Shown: positions 35,810 through 43,457 of the stretch, in pieces
Position numbering within the stretch: position 1 is the stretch's first letter
Layout: every line of letters begins with the position of its first letter
Assembly: GCA_035525045.1 (NCBI GenBank)
Contig: DATLEX010000175.1
Span: 1-63,004, forward strand
Reading direction: 5' to 3'
Source: Thermoanaerobaculia bacterium
Lineage (GTDB): Bacteria; Acidobacteriota; Thermoanaerobaculia; Gp7-AA8
Length of the DNA stretch: 63,004 nucleotides
Program-made: the position numbers and the translations under genes
The notes under the pieces: generated by a model
Told to the model about the DNA's origin: nothing
Databases searched by the model: none
Seen by the model: only the letters and a program-made list of their open reading frames with translations

Positions 35810-35812
35810 CCT

Positions 35813-36295
35813 ATGCGCCATGCCCCCCTCCTCTCCGACCTCGAAATCCAGCTCCTCGGGTTGATCCGAGAGGAGGCGCGCAGCGGGTACGCGCTGCGGA
35901 AGGTGCTCGAGGCCAGTCCCGGGGCGGTTTACCCGGCCCTGCGGCGGCTGGCGGCGGGGGGGCTGATCGAGGGGCGCGTGGAGGGGGCGGGAGGGCGGCG
36001 GAAGGAGACCTTTCGCGTCACGGGCGCCGGGCGGAGGGCGCTGCGGGAGGGGCTCGCCAACCCCAGCCTCGAGGAGCTGCGGCGCGATCCGCAGGGGGTG
36101 GCGGCGCGGCTGCGCTTTCTGGAGGGGGCCGCGGCCGCGGCCTTCCTGGCCGAGTACGCCCGCCTCAGCGCCCACTGCGCGTCGGAGCTGAAGGGGCAGC
36201 CGGGCCTCGCCGCCCAGCACGACGCCGCCCTCTACTCGGCCCGCTCCCGGTGGGCCGCGGCGGCGGCGAAGCGGCTCACGGTCCGAAGCGGCTGA
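35813..36295 (+). CDS. PadR family transcriptional regulator
   Basis: The N-terminal winged helix LEIQLLGLIREEARSGYALRKVLE...GAVYPALRRLAAGGLIEG is typical of PadR. Confidence 0.8.
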   Translation: MRHAPLLSDLEIQLLGLIREEARSGYALRKVLEASPGAVYPALRRLAAGGLIEGRVEGAGGRRKETFRVTGAGRRALREGLANPSLEELRRDPQGVAARLRFLEGAAAAAFLAEYARLSAHCASELKGQPGLAAQHDAALYSARSRWAAAAAKRLTVRSG

Positions 36296-36917
36296 GGAAC
36301 TCGCCGGCGGCGTTGCGGAACTCGTCGGACCACTCGTGGCCACCCTCGAAGGTGCAGACGGTCACCTCGGTGACGGGGCGAAGGGTGTCGAGATCGCGGG
36401 CCAGCCGCTCCTCCGCGTACCAGTCGTCGCGGCTGCCGCGGCCGACGAGCACCGGCGGGAGGGCCGCCCCTGCCGCAGCGACGTCGGGGGGGACATCACC
36501 GGCCAGGACGATCAGGCCGTCGGCGGGAGCGGCGAAGGCGGCGGCGCGGTAGGCCATGGCCACCCCCTGCGAGAAGCCGGCGAAGACGAGGGTGGCGCCG
36601 CCGGTCGTGCCGCGCCAGATCGTGGCGAGGGCGCGGCGGATGTACTCGACGTTATCGGCGATGGCCAGCTCCCGGTCGAGGCGGGTCATCCAACTGGCGA
36701 CGATGTCCTCGCCGCCGCCGCGGCGCGAGTAGAAGGGATGCAGGGCCTGGATGGCCGCCACCGACCACGACTCGATGCCGGGGATCTTCTGCAGATCGAG
36801 GATGTGCCGCTCGGCGTTCTCCCCGTAGCCGTGAAAGCCGGCCAGGAGACGCTCATCGGAGCGGTGCTCGTAGAGGACGCGGCCGTGGACCACCGCTTCG
36901 ACGGTGCGCACTTCCAT
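36276..36917 (-). CDS. alpha/beta hydrolase (phospholipase/carboxylesterase family)
   Basis: Start at ATG 36917 (MEVRTVEAVVHG). Nucleophile elbow GFSQG (FAGFSQGVAMAY). The 3' end overlaps the padR-like gene convergently by 20 nt. Confidence 0.78.
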   Translation of the reverse strand: MEVRTVEAVVHGRVLYEHRSDERLLAGFHGYGENAERHILDLQKIPGIESWSVAAIQALHPFYSRRGGGEDIVASWMTRLDRELAIADNVEYIRRALATIWRGTTGGATLVFAGFSQGVAMAYRAAAFAAPADGLIVLAGDVPPDVAAAGAALPPVLVGRGSRDDWYAEERLARDLDTLRPVTEVTVCTFEGGHEWSDEFRNAAGEFLSRFGP

Positions 36918-36944
36918 GGCCGGCGAGTTTAAACTGCCCCGCGC

Positions 36945-37712
36945 GTGCACGCGATCCTGGTCATCCCCTGCTACGACGAAGAGCATCGCCTACCGGTGGA
37001 CGCCCTTCGCCGCTTTCACACCGGCGCCGCCCGGGTCGAGTTCTGCCTGGTGAACGATGGCAGCCGCGACGGGACGCTGGGCCTGCTCGAGTCGCTGCAG
37101 CGGGAGGACCCGTCGCGCTTCACCGTGCTGAACCTGGAGCGCAACCGGGGGAAGGCGGAGGCGGTGCGGCGGGGCATCCTCCACGCCGCCGGGCGCCATC
37201 CCGACTTCGCCGGCTTCTGGGACGCCGACCTGGCCACGCCGCTGAGTGAGCTCGCGGCGTTCTTCGAGGTCTTCCGCGAGCGGCCGGAGGTGGCGATGGT
37301 CTTCGCCGCGCGGGTGCGCCTGCTGGGACGCCAGATCAGTCGCCGTCCCACCCGCCACTACGTGGGGCGGGTGGGCGCCACGCTCATCTCCTCGTCGCTG
37401 GGACTGGCGATCTACGACACGCAGTGCGGCGCGAAACTCTTCCGGCTCACGCCGGAGGTGCGGGCCCTCTTCGACGATCCCTTCCTGTCGCGGTGGATCT
37501 TCGACGTCGAGATCATCGCCCGCTACGTCCAGGCCCACGGCCGCGACGCCGCGGCGCGCGCCATCTACGAGCTGCCCATCATGGAGTGGCACGACGTGAA
37601 GGGGTCGAAGGTGGGAGCGGTGGATTTTCTGAGGGCGCTGCGGGATCTGTGGAGGATTCATCGGGCGTATGGGAGAGAGGGCTCGGGGCTCAGGGCCCGG
37701 GGCTCGGAGTAG
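36945..37712 (+). CDS. family 2 glycosyltransferase (dolichyl-/polyprenyl-phosphate glycosyltransferase-like)
   Basis: ILVIPCYDEEHRL, VNDGSRDGT and DADL motifs. GTG start. The last ~10 codons (GSGLRARGSE*) are encoded by a heptamer repeat. Confidence 0.85.
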   Translation: MHAILVIPCYDEEHRLPVDALRRFHTGAARVEFCLVNDGSRDGTLGLLESLQREDPSRFTVLNLERNRGKAEAVRRGILHAAGRHPDFAGFWDADLATPLSELAAFFEVFRERPEVAMVFAARVRLLGRQISRRPTRHYVGRVGATLISSSLGLAIYDTQCGAKLFRLTPEVRALFDDPFLSRWIFDVEIIARYVQAHGRDAAARAIYELPIMEWHDVKGSKVGAVDFLRALRDLWRIHRAYGREGSGLRARGSE

Positions 37713-37768
37713 AGTGGGTCTTCTCGCGCGACAAGAGCCGCCATCTCCGAGCCCCGAGCCCTGAGCCC
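37679..37768. repeat. inverted pair of tandem heptamer arrays, GGGCTCR family, with nested palindrome
   Basis: Left arm: GGGCTCG GGGCTCA GGGCCCG GGGCTCG (37679-37706). The spacer contains TCTTCTCGCGCGACAAGA, a near-palindrome. Right arm: CGAGCCC CGAGCCC TGAGCCC (37748-37768). It lies between convergent genes. Confidence 0.9.
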
Positions 37769-37785
37769 AGCAAGCTCGACGTCGA

Positions 37786-38730
37786 TCAACGGTCACGCGT
37801 TGGCGGAATCACGAGATGGGCCGATTCCGGGGCGATCTGCACGGTGGCCGAGGCGCCGGAATTGAACGCCAGATAGTCGCTCTCCACCCCGTCGCTGAAG
37901 ATGACGCCGTGCTGAGGCATCTGGGATTCGAGCTTCAAGACGCTTTGATCATCGACGGTTCCGGCGGCGATGTCCGCTCCCGAGCCGCGGCTGACGAAGG
38001 GTTCGCGGACCACGAAGATCAGTCTTCTCTCGTCCCACTCGACCTCGGGCCGGCGAACGAGGTCCGGCTGTGACCCGGCCAGGGCGCCGACGGCAGCGGC
38101 CATGTTGAAAACGGAGCTCAGCCAGCCCGTCGAACCGGCGCCGGTGGACACGAGCACCCCACTGGATGACTGGTTCTCGCTGCGATCCTGAAAGCTGATG
38201 CGGTAGCGCGCCGAGACGTGGCTGCGCGCACCGATGAAGAAATCGTTGAACGCGAGCAGACGCTGCCGGTCCTGGAGGACGACCTCCGCCATGGTGATCG
38301 GACGCCCTGCCGCCGTCCCGCTCATCAGGTCTCTGACTCCGCAGGCGGCGTTCCGGGGAGTGAAGGGCAGGAGGATTCCATCGAAGCGCGACGGGTCTGG
38401 ATTGACTCCGACGATCGGCCGGCCGCCGACGTACTTGGCAGCATTGGCGACCAGACCGTCCTGTCCGACGGCAACGATGACCTGGTGCTCGCCGAACACG
38501 AAGTTCGGCATGAAGAAACGGTCGATGACCTGGACCTTGGTGATGCTCTCCAGACTGCTCTGGACCTCGTCGAGCGCACGGCGGTAGTTCGAATCCTCGA
38601 TCTCGTAATCGCTGAAATCCCCTCCCGCATGCTCGATGTAGAACTTCGCCTGTGCGCGTGTATTGAATCGCCGGACCAGCTCTTCCAGGCGCGTACTTCG
38701 GCGAACGACGATCGCCTTCTCGACCCTCAT
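37786..38730 (-). CDS. NAD kinase / diacylglycerol-kinase-fold protein (non-canonical GQDG motif)
   Basis: 314 aa. VIVAVGQDGLVANAAKYV stands in place of the NadK GGDGT motif, and VLVSTGAGSTGWLSS in place of the TPTGSTAY motif. A 4-nt ATGA overlap joins it to the upstream SPFH gene. Confidence 0.7.
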   Translation of the reverse strand: MRVEKAIVVRRSTRLEELVRRFNTRAQAKFYIEHAGGDFSDYEIEDSNYRRALDEVQSSLESITKVQVIDRFFMPNFVFGEHQVIVAVGQDGLVANAAKYVGGRPIVGVNPDPSRFDGILLPFTPRNAACGVRDLMSGTAAGRPITMAEVVLQDRQRLLAFNDFFIGARSHVSARYRISFQDRSENQSSSGVLVSTGAGSTGWLSSVFNMAAAVGALAGSQPDLVRRPEVEWDERRLIFVVREPFVSRGSGADIAAGTVDDQSVLKLESQMPQHGVIFSDGVESDYLAFNSGASATVQIAPESAHLVIPPTRDR

Positions 38731-39863
38731 CTCGTCTGATCGGAAAGAAGAGTGTTCAGCAGATCAGGAGAGATGTTGAGCGTCCCGATCTTCTGGGCGT
38801 TCTCGGCCAGCTCGAGGAAGCCGTGGGCGATCGCCACCCGGGGATCCGCGCCGCCGCCGGCGAGCGCGAGCAGCGTCCTCCAGTCCATCTCCTTGAGTGG
38901 CCGAAGGTTGGCCTGCATGGCGTACGAACGGGTGTCCGCGGCTTTGCGATCATTCTCGGACTGCAGATCCACGAGGGCGGCGCGCCTTTCCTCGACGGCG
39001 ATCTCGGTCTGAATCTGCGTCTCCCGGATCTGCCGCTTCTTCTCCTCCACGGCGATCTCGGTGCTCAACTCGCTCTCTTTGATCTTTCTCTCTTCGGCCA
39101 CGGCGTGGTTCCGCCGGGCATAAATGGCCAGGTCGGATTCCTGCTGCAGTGCCTCGCGGGCCGTGGCCTCCAGTGCCCGGGCCATCTCCGGCGTCGCGGC
39201 CACGGAAATGATCGAGACCGTCAGCGGTTCCACGCCGAGCGCCTGGACCGCCGGCGAGGTCTGCAGGGCCTTCATGATCGAGTTGCCGATGGCCGGCCCG
39301 GCGCGCAGCGCCTCTTTCAACGTCATGCTCTGCACCAGCGCTCCGGTGGCCACCTCGGACTCATTGATCAGACGCTGCCCGACTTTCTCCGGATCCTTGC
39401 TGGTGTAGGAGCCCGCGGCGTTCACCGCGAAGTCGAGTAGCTCGGCCAGTTTTCGAGGTGCCGTGACTCGATAGGTGAGCTGACCCTGAATGGTGATGGT
39501 CTGGAAATCCTCGGTGACCTGATTGAAGACGAATGAAAGATCGGAGCTTCCTAGTGGAACGGCGACGATGCTGGAGGTGGGAACCCAGTAGAAGAATGAC
39601 AGGCCCGGTCCCTCCCGCCTGACCTTTCCATTGGCGTAGTGCACCACGTACTCCATCGGCCCGAATTTGGCGAAACTGAACATCCAAGTCCTCCTTCCCG
39701 GCTTCCGGATCGGCGTCGGTGGGAAGAGGACGGCCAGATCCGATTTCTTGATTCGAGGGGCGGTCAGCGTGGCGCCGCACTTCCGGCAGTAGACGGCAGC
39801 GGTCGGCGCAACATTCTCCGGAACGCGGTTCTTGGCGCCGCAGGTCGCACATCGCTTGATCAC
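38727..39863 (-). CDS. zinc-ribbon / SPFH (band 7, flotillin-like) domain protein with coiled-coil
   Basis: N-terminal CATCGAKNRVP...YCRKCGATL is a CxxC...CxxC ribbon. The SPFH core is YVVHYANGKVRREGPGLSFFYWVPTSSIVAVPLGSSDLSFVFNQVTEDFQTITIQGQLTYRV. The Glu/Arg-rich heptad region is ERKIKESELSTEIAVEEKKRQIRETQIQTEIAVEERR. There is no obvious TM. GTG start. Confidence 0.75.
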   Translation of the reverse strand: MIKRCATCGAKNRVPENVAPTAAVYCRKCGATLTAPRIKKSDLAVLFPPTPIRKPGRRTWMFSFAKFGPMEYVVHYANGKVRREGPGLSFFYWVPTSSIVAVPLGSSDLSFVFNQVTEDFQTITIQGQLTYRVTAPRKLAELLDFAVNAAGSYTSKDPEKVGQRLINESEVATGALVQSMTLKEALRAGPAIGNSIMKALQTSPAVQALGVEPLTVSIISVAATPEMARALEATAREALQQESDLAIYARRNHAVAEERKIKESELSTEIAVEEKKRQIRETQIQTEIAVEERRAALVDLQSENDRKAADTRSYAMQANLRPLKEMDWRTLLALAGGGADPRVAIAHGFLELAENAQKIGTLNISPDLLNTLLSDQTR

Positions 39864-39933
39864 GGATCGGGGAAGGATAACGCAGGAAGATCACCTGGCG
39901 TACCGGTGCCGCCACCCGGTAAAATCTCCATTC

Positions 39934-40431
39934 ATGCGTACTCGAGCCTTTGCGGCAATCGCGCTCGTCGTGATGTCGGTCCGATGCGCCACGATCGATC
40001 GCGGCCCGATGCAGCGGGTGTTCATCGACTCCGACCCGCCGGGCGCCTCGGTCGAGCTGGAGAAATGCGGCGCGAGCGAGGCGGAGCGGAAGACGCCGGC
40101 CACCTTGCTCCTTCCGCGTCGCGTGAAGCGCTGCACCGTCCTTCTTCTCCACGATGGCTATGTCCCGGCGCGCGTCATGCTCGAGCGCCGGTACTCGCCG
40201 CGACCAGTGGCCGAGGATGGCATTGCGGTCGTCGACGCGCTCTGCGACCCGGACCTCATCGGCTGCGACACTCTCTCGGATCTGATCATCGTCGGAACGG
40301 TCGGCGCTCTCTTATGGGGCGTAGGAAAGGGTGTGGACGCGATCGCGGGCTCGAATTACCAGCTCGAGCCGCGCGACGTTCTGGTGACGCTCCAGCCGGA
40401 CGGCCTCACACGAAGATCCGCAACTCCTTGA
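39934..40431 (+). CDS. exported PEGA-like domain protein
   Basis: Start at ATG 39934 ([21 protein letters not shown] is signal-like). [14 protein letters not shown]...KTPATLLLP resembles a PEGA domain. The 3' end overlaps uvrB convergently by 26 nt. Confidence 0.55.
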   Translation: MRTRAFAAIALVVMSVRCATIDRGPMQRVFIDSDPPGASVELEKCGASEAERKTPATLLLPRRVKRCTVLLLHDGYVPARVMLERRYSPRPVAEDGIAVVDALCDPDLIGCDTLSDLIIVGTVGALLWGVGKGVDAIAGSNYQLEPRDVLVTLQPDGLTRRSATP

Positions 40432-42391
40432 GCTCCCGCAACCGGTCCCTGATCTCCGCCGCCTTCTCGAACTCGAGGTTCTTGGCGGCCTCCTTCATCT
40501 CCTTCTGCAGGCGGCTGATGGTCTTGTCGATGTCCTCGTCGGCCACCTGCTCCAGCCGCGACTTCGGCGCGCCGGGGATCTCGAAGTAATCGAGGTTGGC
40601 CATCTTCACCAGGTCGGAGTCGACGGCCTTGATGATGGTGGCCGGCTCGATGCCGTGATCGAGGTTGTACCGGCGCTGGATCTCCCGGCGCCGGTCCGTC
40701 TCATCGATGGCCGCCCGCAGCGAGTCGGTGATCCGGTCGGCGTAGAGGATGGCCACCCCGTTGATGTTGCGCGCGGCGCGGCCGATGGTCTGGATCAGCG
40801 AGGTCTGCGAGCGGAGGAAGCCCTCCTTGTCGGCGTCGAGGACCGCTACGGCCGAGCACTCCGGGATGTCCAGTCCCTCCCGCAGCAGGTTGATCCCCAC
40901 CAGCACGTCGTACGTGCCGATGCGGAAGTCGCGCAGGATGGCGATCCGCTGCAGCGTCTCCACGTCGGAGTGGAGGTAGTTGACCTTGATGCCGAGCTCC
41001 ATCAGGTAGCGCGTCAGGTCCTCCGCCATCCGCTTGGTCAGCGTGGTAACCATGACCCGCTCGTTCCTCCCCATCCGCTCCCGGATCACGGCGATGAGGT
41101 CGTCGACCTGCCCCTTCACCGGCTTGACGACGATGTCGGGATCGAGCAGCCCGGTCGGACGGATCACCTGCTCCACGTAGTGCCCGCCCGTCTTCTCCAG
41201 CTCGTACGGTCCCGGCGTCGCCGAGACGTAGAGCACCTGCCGCAGCTTCCCCTCGAACTCCTGGAAGCTGAGCGGCCGGTTGTCGATCGCGCTCGGCAGG
41301 CGGAAGCCGTACTCCACGAGCGTCTCCTTCCGGGCCCGGTCCCCCCCCCACATGGCCCGCACCTGGGGGATCGTCTGGTGCGACTCGTCTACGACCAGTA
41401 GAAAATCCTTCGGAAAGTAGTCGATCAACGTCGGCGGCGGCTCGCCCGGCGCCCGCCCCGAGAGGTGCCGCGAGTAGTTCTCGATCCCGTTGCAGTACCC
41501 CATCTCGGCGATCATCTCCAGGTCGAACATCGTCCGCTGCGAGAGCCGCTGGGCCTCGAGGAGCCGGTCGTTGGCGCGGAGGAAGGCCACGCGCTCGTCG
41601 AGCTCGGTCCGGATGTTCTCCATCGCCTCCATCAGCCGCTCGCGCGGGGTGACGTAGTGCGTCCGCGGGTAGACGGCCAGCCGGTCGTACGAGCCGCTGC
41701 TCCGGCCGGTGATGGGGTCGATGCGCGACATCTTGTCGATCTCGTCGCCGAAGAACTCGATGCGCACGGCGTCGTCCTCGTAGGCAGGCCAGATCTCGAG
41801 CACGTCGCCGCGCACGCGGAACGTGCCGCGCCCGAGGTCGTAGGGAGTGCGCTCGTACTGCATCTCCGTCAGGCGGCGGAGATAGTCGGTCATCGGTTTC
41901 TCCACTCCCCTCTCGAAGAAGAGGAGCATGCCGTAGTACAGCTCCGGCTCGCCGATGCCGTAGATGCAGGAGACGGAGGCGACGATGATCACGTCGCGGC
42001 GCTCGAAGAGCGATTTCGTCGCAGCGAGCCGCAGCTTGTCGATCTCGTCGTTCTTGGTCATCTCCTTCTCGATGTAGAGATCGGTCTGCGGGATGTAGGC
42101 CTCGGGCTGGTAGTAGTCGTAATACGAGACGAAATACTCGACGCGGTTCTCGGGGAAGAAGTTTTTGAACTCCTGGTAGAGCTGCGCGGCGAGGGTCTTG
42201 TTGTGACTCAGGACCAGCGTCGGCCGGTTCACGGCCTCGATCACCTTGGCCACGGTGAAGGTCTTGCCCGACCCGGTGACGCCGAGCAGGACCTGGTCGC
42301 GCCGGCCGCGGTTGAGCCCGTCGACGAGCTGATGAATGGCCTCCGGCTGGTCGCCCTGCGGCTGGAACGGGGAGAGGAGGGTGAAGTCCAT
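40406..42391 (-). CDS. uvrB: excinuclease ABC subunit B
   Basis: 661 aa with [12 protein letters not shown], helicase motifs, and the C-terminal UVR domain [22 protein letters not shown]. Confidence 0.97.
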   Translation of the reverse strand: MDFTLLSPFQPQGDQPEAIHQLVDGLNRGRRDQVLLGVTGSGKTFTVAKVIEAVNRPTLVLSHNKTLAAQLYQEFKNFFPENRVEYFVSYYDYYQPEAYIPQTDLYIEKEMTKNDEIDKLRLAATKSLFERRDVIIVASVSCIYGIGEPELYYGMLLFFERGVEKPMTDYLRRLTEMQYERTPYDLGRGTFRVRGDVLEIWPAYEDDAVRIEFFGDEIDKMSRIDPITGRSSGSYDRLAVYPRTHYVTPRERLMEAMENIRTELDERVAFLRANDRLLEAQRLSQRTMFDLEMIAEMGYCNGIENYSRHLSGRAPGEPPPTLIDYFPKDFLLVVDESHQTIPQVRAMWGGDRARKETLVEYGFRLPSAIDNRPLSFQEFEGKLRQVLYVSATPGPYELEKTGGHYVEQVIRPTGLLDPDIVVKPVKGQVDDLIAVIRERMGRNERVMVTTLTKRMAEDLTRYLMELGIKVNYLHSDVETLQRIAILRDFRIGTYDVLVGINLLREGLDIPECSAVAVLDADKEGFLRSQTSLIQTIGRAARNINGVAILYADRITDSLRAAIDETDRRREIQRRYNLDHGIEPATIIKAVDSDLVKMANLDYFEIPGAPKSRLEQVADEDIDKTISRLQKEMKEAAKNLEFEKAAEIRDRLRELKELRIFV

Positions 42392-42409
42392 GTTCGTTGG
42401 CTGGGGTCG

Positions 42410-42913
42410 TTAACCGGCCACTCCCGCTGCCTTCCGCGCGATCTCCGTGAGGCGCTCGATCTCGGCCGGCGTGACCTTCCTGTCGGCCATCGCCTTCTGC
42501 ATGGCCTGAAGAAACGGCTGCACTTCCTGGGCCGACACTCGCGACTCCCTCAGGCTCTCGCGCATCGCTTCCACCTCGGCGTCGAAGGCGGCTTTCCGCG
42601 CTTCGGTCACCTCGGGCGTCACCATCCCCTTCAACTCGCCGAGTGTTATTCCGAGGACCAGGTCGATAGCGGCGCCCAGACGCGGTCCGGTGAGCAGAGC
42701 GCCGCCGGTAAAAAGGACCAGCAAAAAGAGCGTCGCAGCCCCTCCGCAGCCCCAGGGGACCCAACTTGGGAAAATCGGCTTGACCTCGGAAAGGGGGGCG
42801 GAATAATAGTCGGCCGGCAACCGGAAGGCCAGTCCTGAATCACCGGGTTGCGCGGGCGAAGTGACAGGCTCGTCGAAATTTCCGGTGGGCATCGAGCGGG
42901 AAGAATGTATCAT
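42410..42913 (-). CDS. hypothetical single-pass membrane protein
   Basis: Start at ATG 42913 (MIHSSRSMPTG...). The longer ORF-track form would overlap the divergent response-regulator gene. One TM (GGAATLFLLVLFTGGALL), then a helical Glu/Ala-rich C-terminus. Confidence 0.5.
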   Translation of the reverse strand: MIHSSRSMPTGNFDEPVTSPAQPGDSGLAFRLPADYYSAPLSEVKPIFPSWVPWGCGGAATLFLLVLFTGGALLTGPRLGAAIDLVLGITLGELKGMVTPEVTEARKAAFDAEVEAMRESLRESRVSAQEVQPFLQAMQKAMADRKVTPAEIERLTEIARKAAGVAG

Positions 42914-42968
42914 GGCACCGCTCCGATTTCGGGTACGCCCATCACCGATCTGAAGGGACGAAGAGTCG

Positions 42969-43352
42969 ATGCCTCCGCTATCGAAAGTGACGGTTCTGAT
43001 CCTCGATGACAACCCGCTCGTGCTGAAGCTGGGCCGGGCCCTGCTCGAGCGAGAAGGATGCACCGTTCTCACGGCGTCGAGCTGGATCGAGTTCAATCAC
43101 GTCCTGGCCGGGAACACGCCCGACATCATTTTTCTCGATGTCAACCTTCCCAGCATCAAGGGGAACCGTCTCAGCGAAGTGCTCAAGTCGCAGTCGAACA
43201 AGAAGGACATCCCCATCGTCCTGATCTCCGACCTTCCCGAGAAGTCGCTGGAAGAGATGTTCCCCAGCTCGGGCGCGAACGCCTGGATGCGCAAGCCGCT
43301 CACACGCGACAAGATGGTCGACATGATCAATCGCTACGTGCCGGCGCGCTGA
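42969..43352 (+). CDS. single-domain response regulator (CheY-like receiver)
   Basis: 127 aa with LILDDN, the phospho-acceptor context IIFLDVNLP, and a conserved Lys (RKPL). Confidence 0.88.
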   Translation: MPPLSKVTVLILDDNPLVLKLGRALLEREGCTVLTASSWIEFNHVLAGNTPDIIFLDVNLPSIKGNRLSEVLKSQSNKKDIPIVLISDLPEKSLEEMFPSSGANAWMRKPLTRDKMVDMINRYVPAR

Positions 43353-43384
43353 CGCGCGGCGCCGGCGCTCGGAGACTCCTAAGT

Positions 43385-43457
43385 CGGTTAACGGTTAACG
43401 GTTAACGGTTAACGAAGCGTGTCAGCAACAGTTCGTTAACCGTTAACCGTTAACCGG
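43385..43457. repeat. inverted pair of tandem heptamer arrays, (CGGTTAA)4 / (CGTTAAC)3, perfect 23-bp stem
   Basis: 43385-43414 reads CGGTTAA x4 plus CG. A 19-nt spacer follows. 43434-43457 reads CGTTAAC x3 plus CGG, the exact reverse complement over 23 nt. It lies between convergent genes. The PBP1A stop codon (43443-45) and its last codons (PVNG*) lie in the right arm. Confidence 0.95.

Noticed and set aside
40701-42764. 687-aa alternative-frame ORF on the same strand as uvrB. Comparable same-strand alternative frames overlap recJ (5464..6663), rpsA (20900..22258) and the D-aminoacylase gene (54116..55606).
   Set aside because: The composition is low-complexity Arg/Ala/Gly/Pro, typical of off-frame reading of GC-rich coding sequence. 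The primary frame carries all the family motifs.
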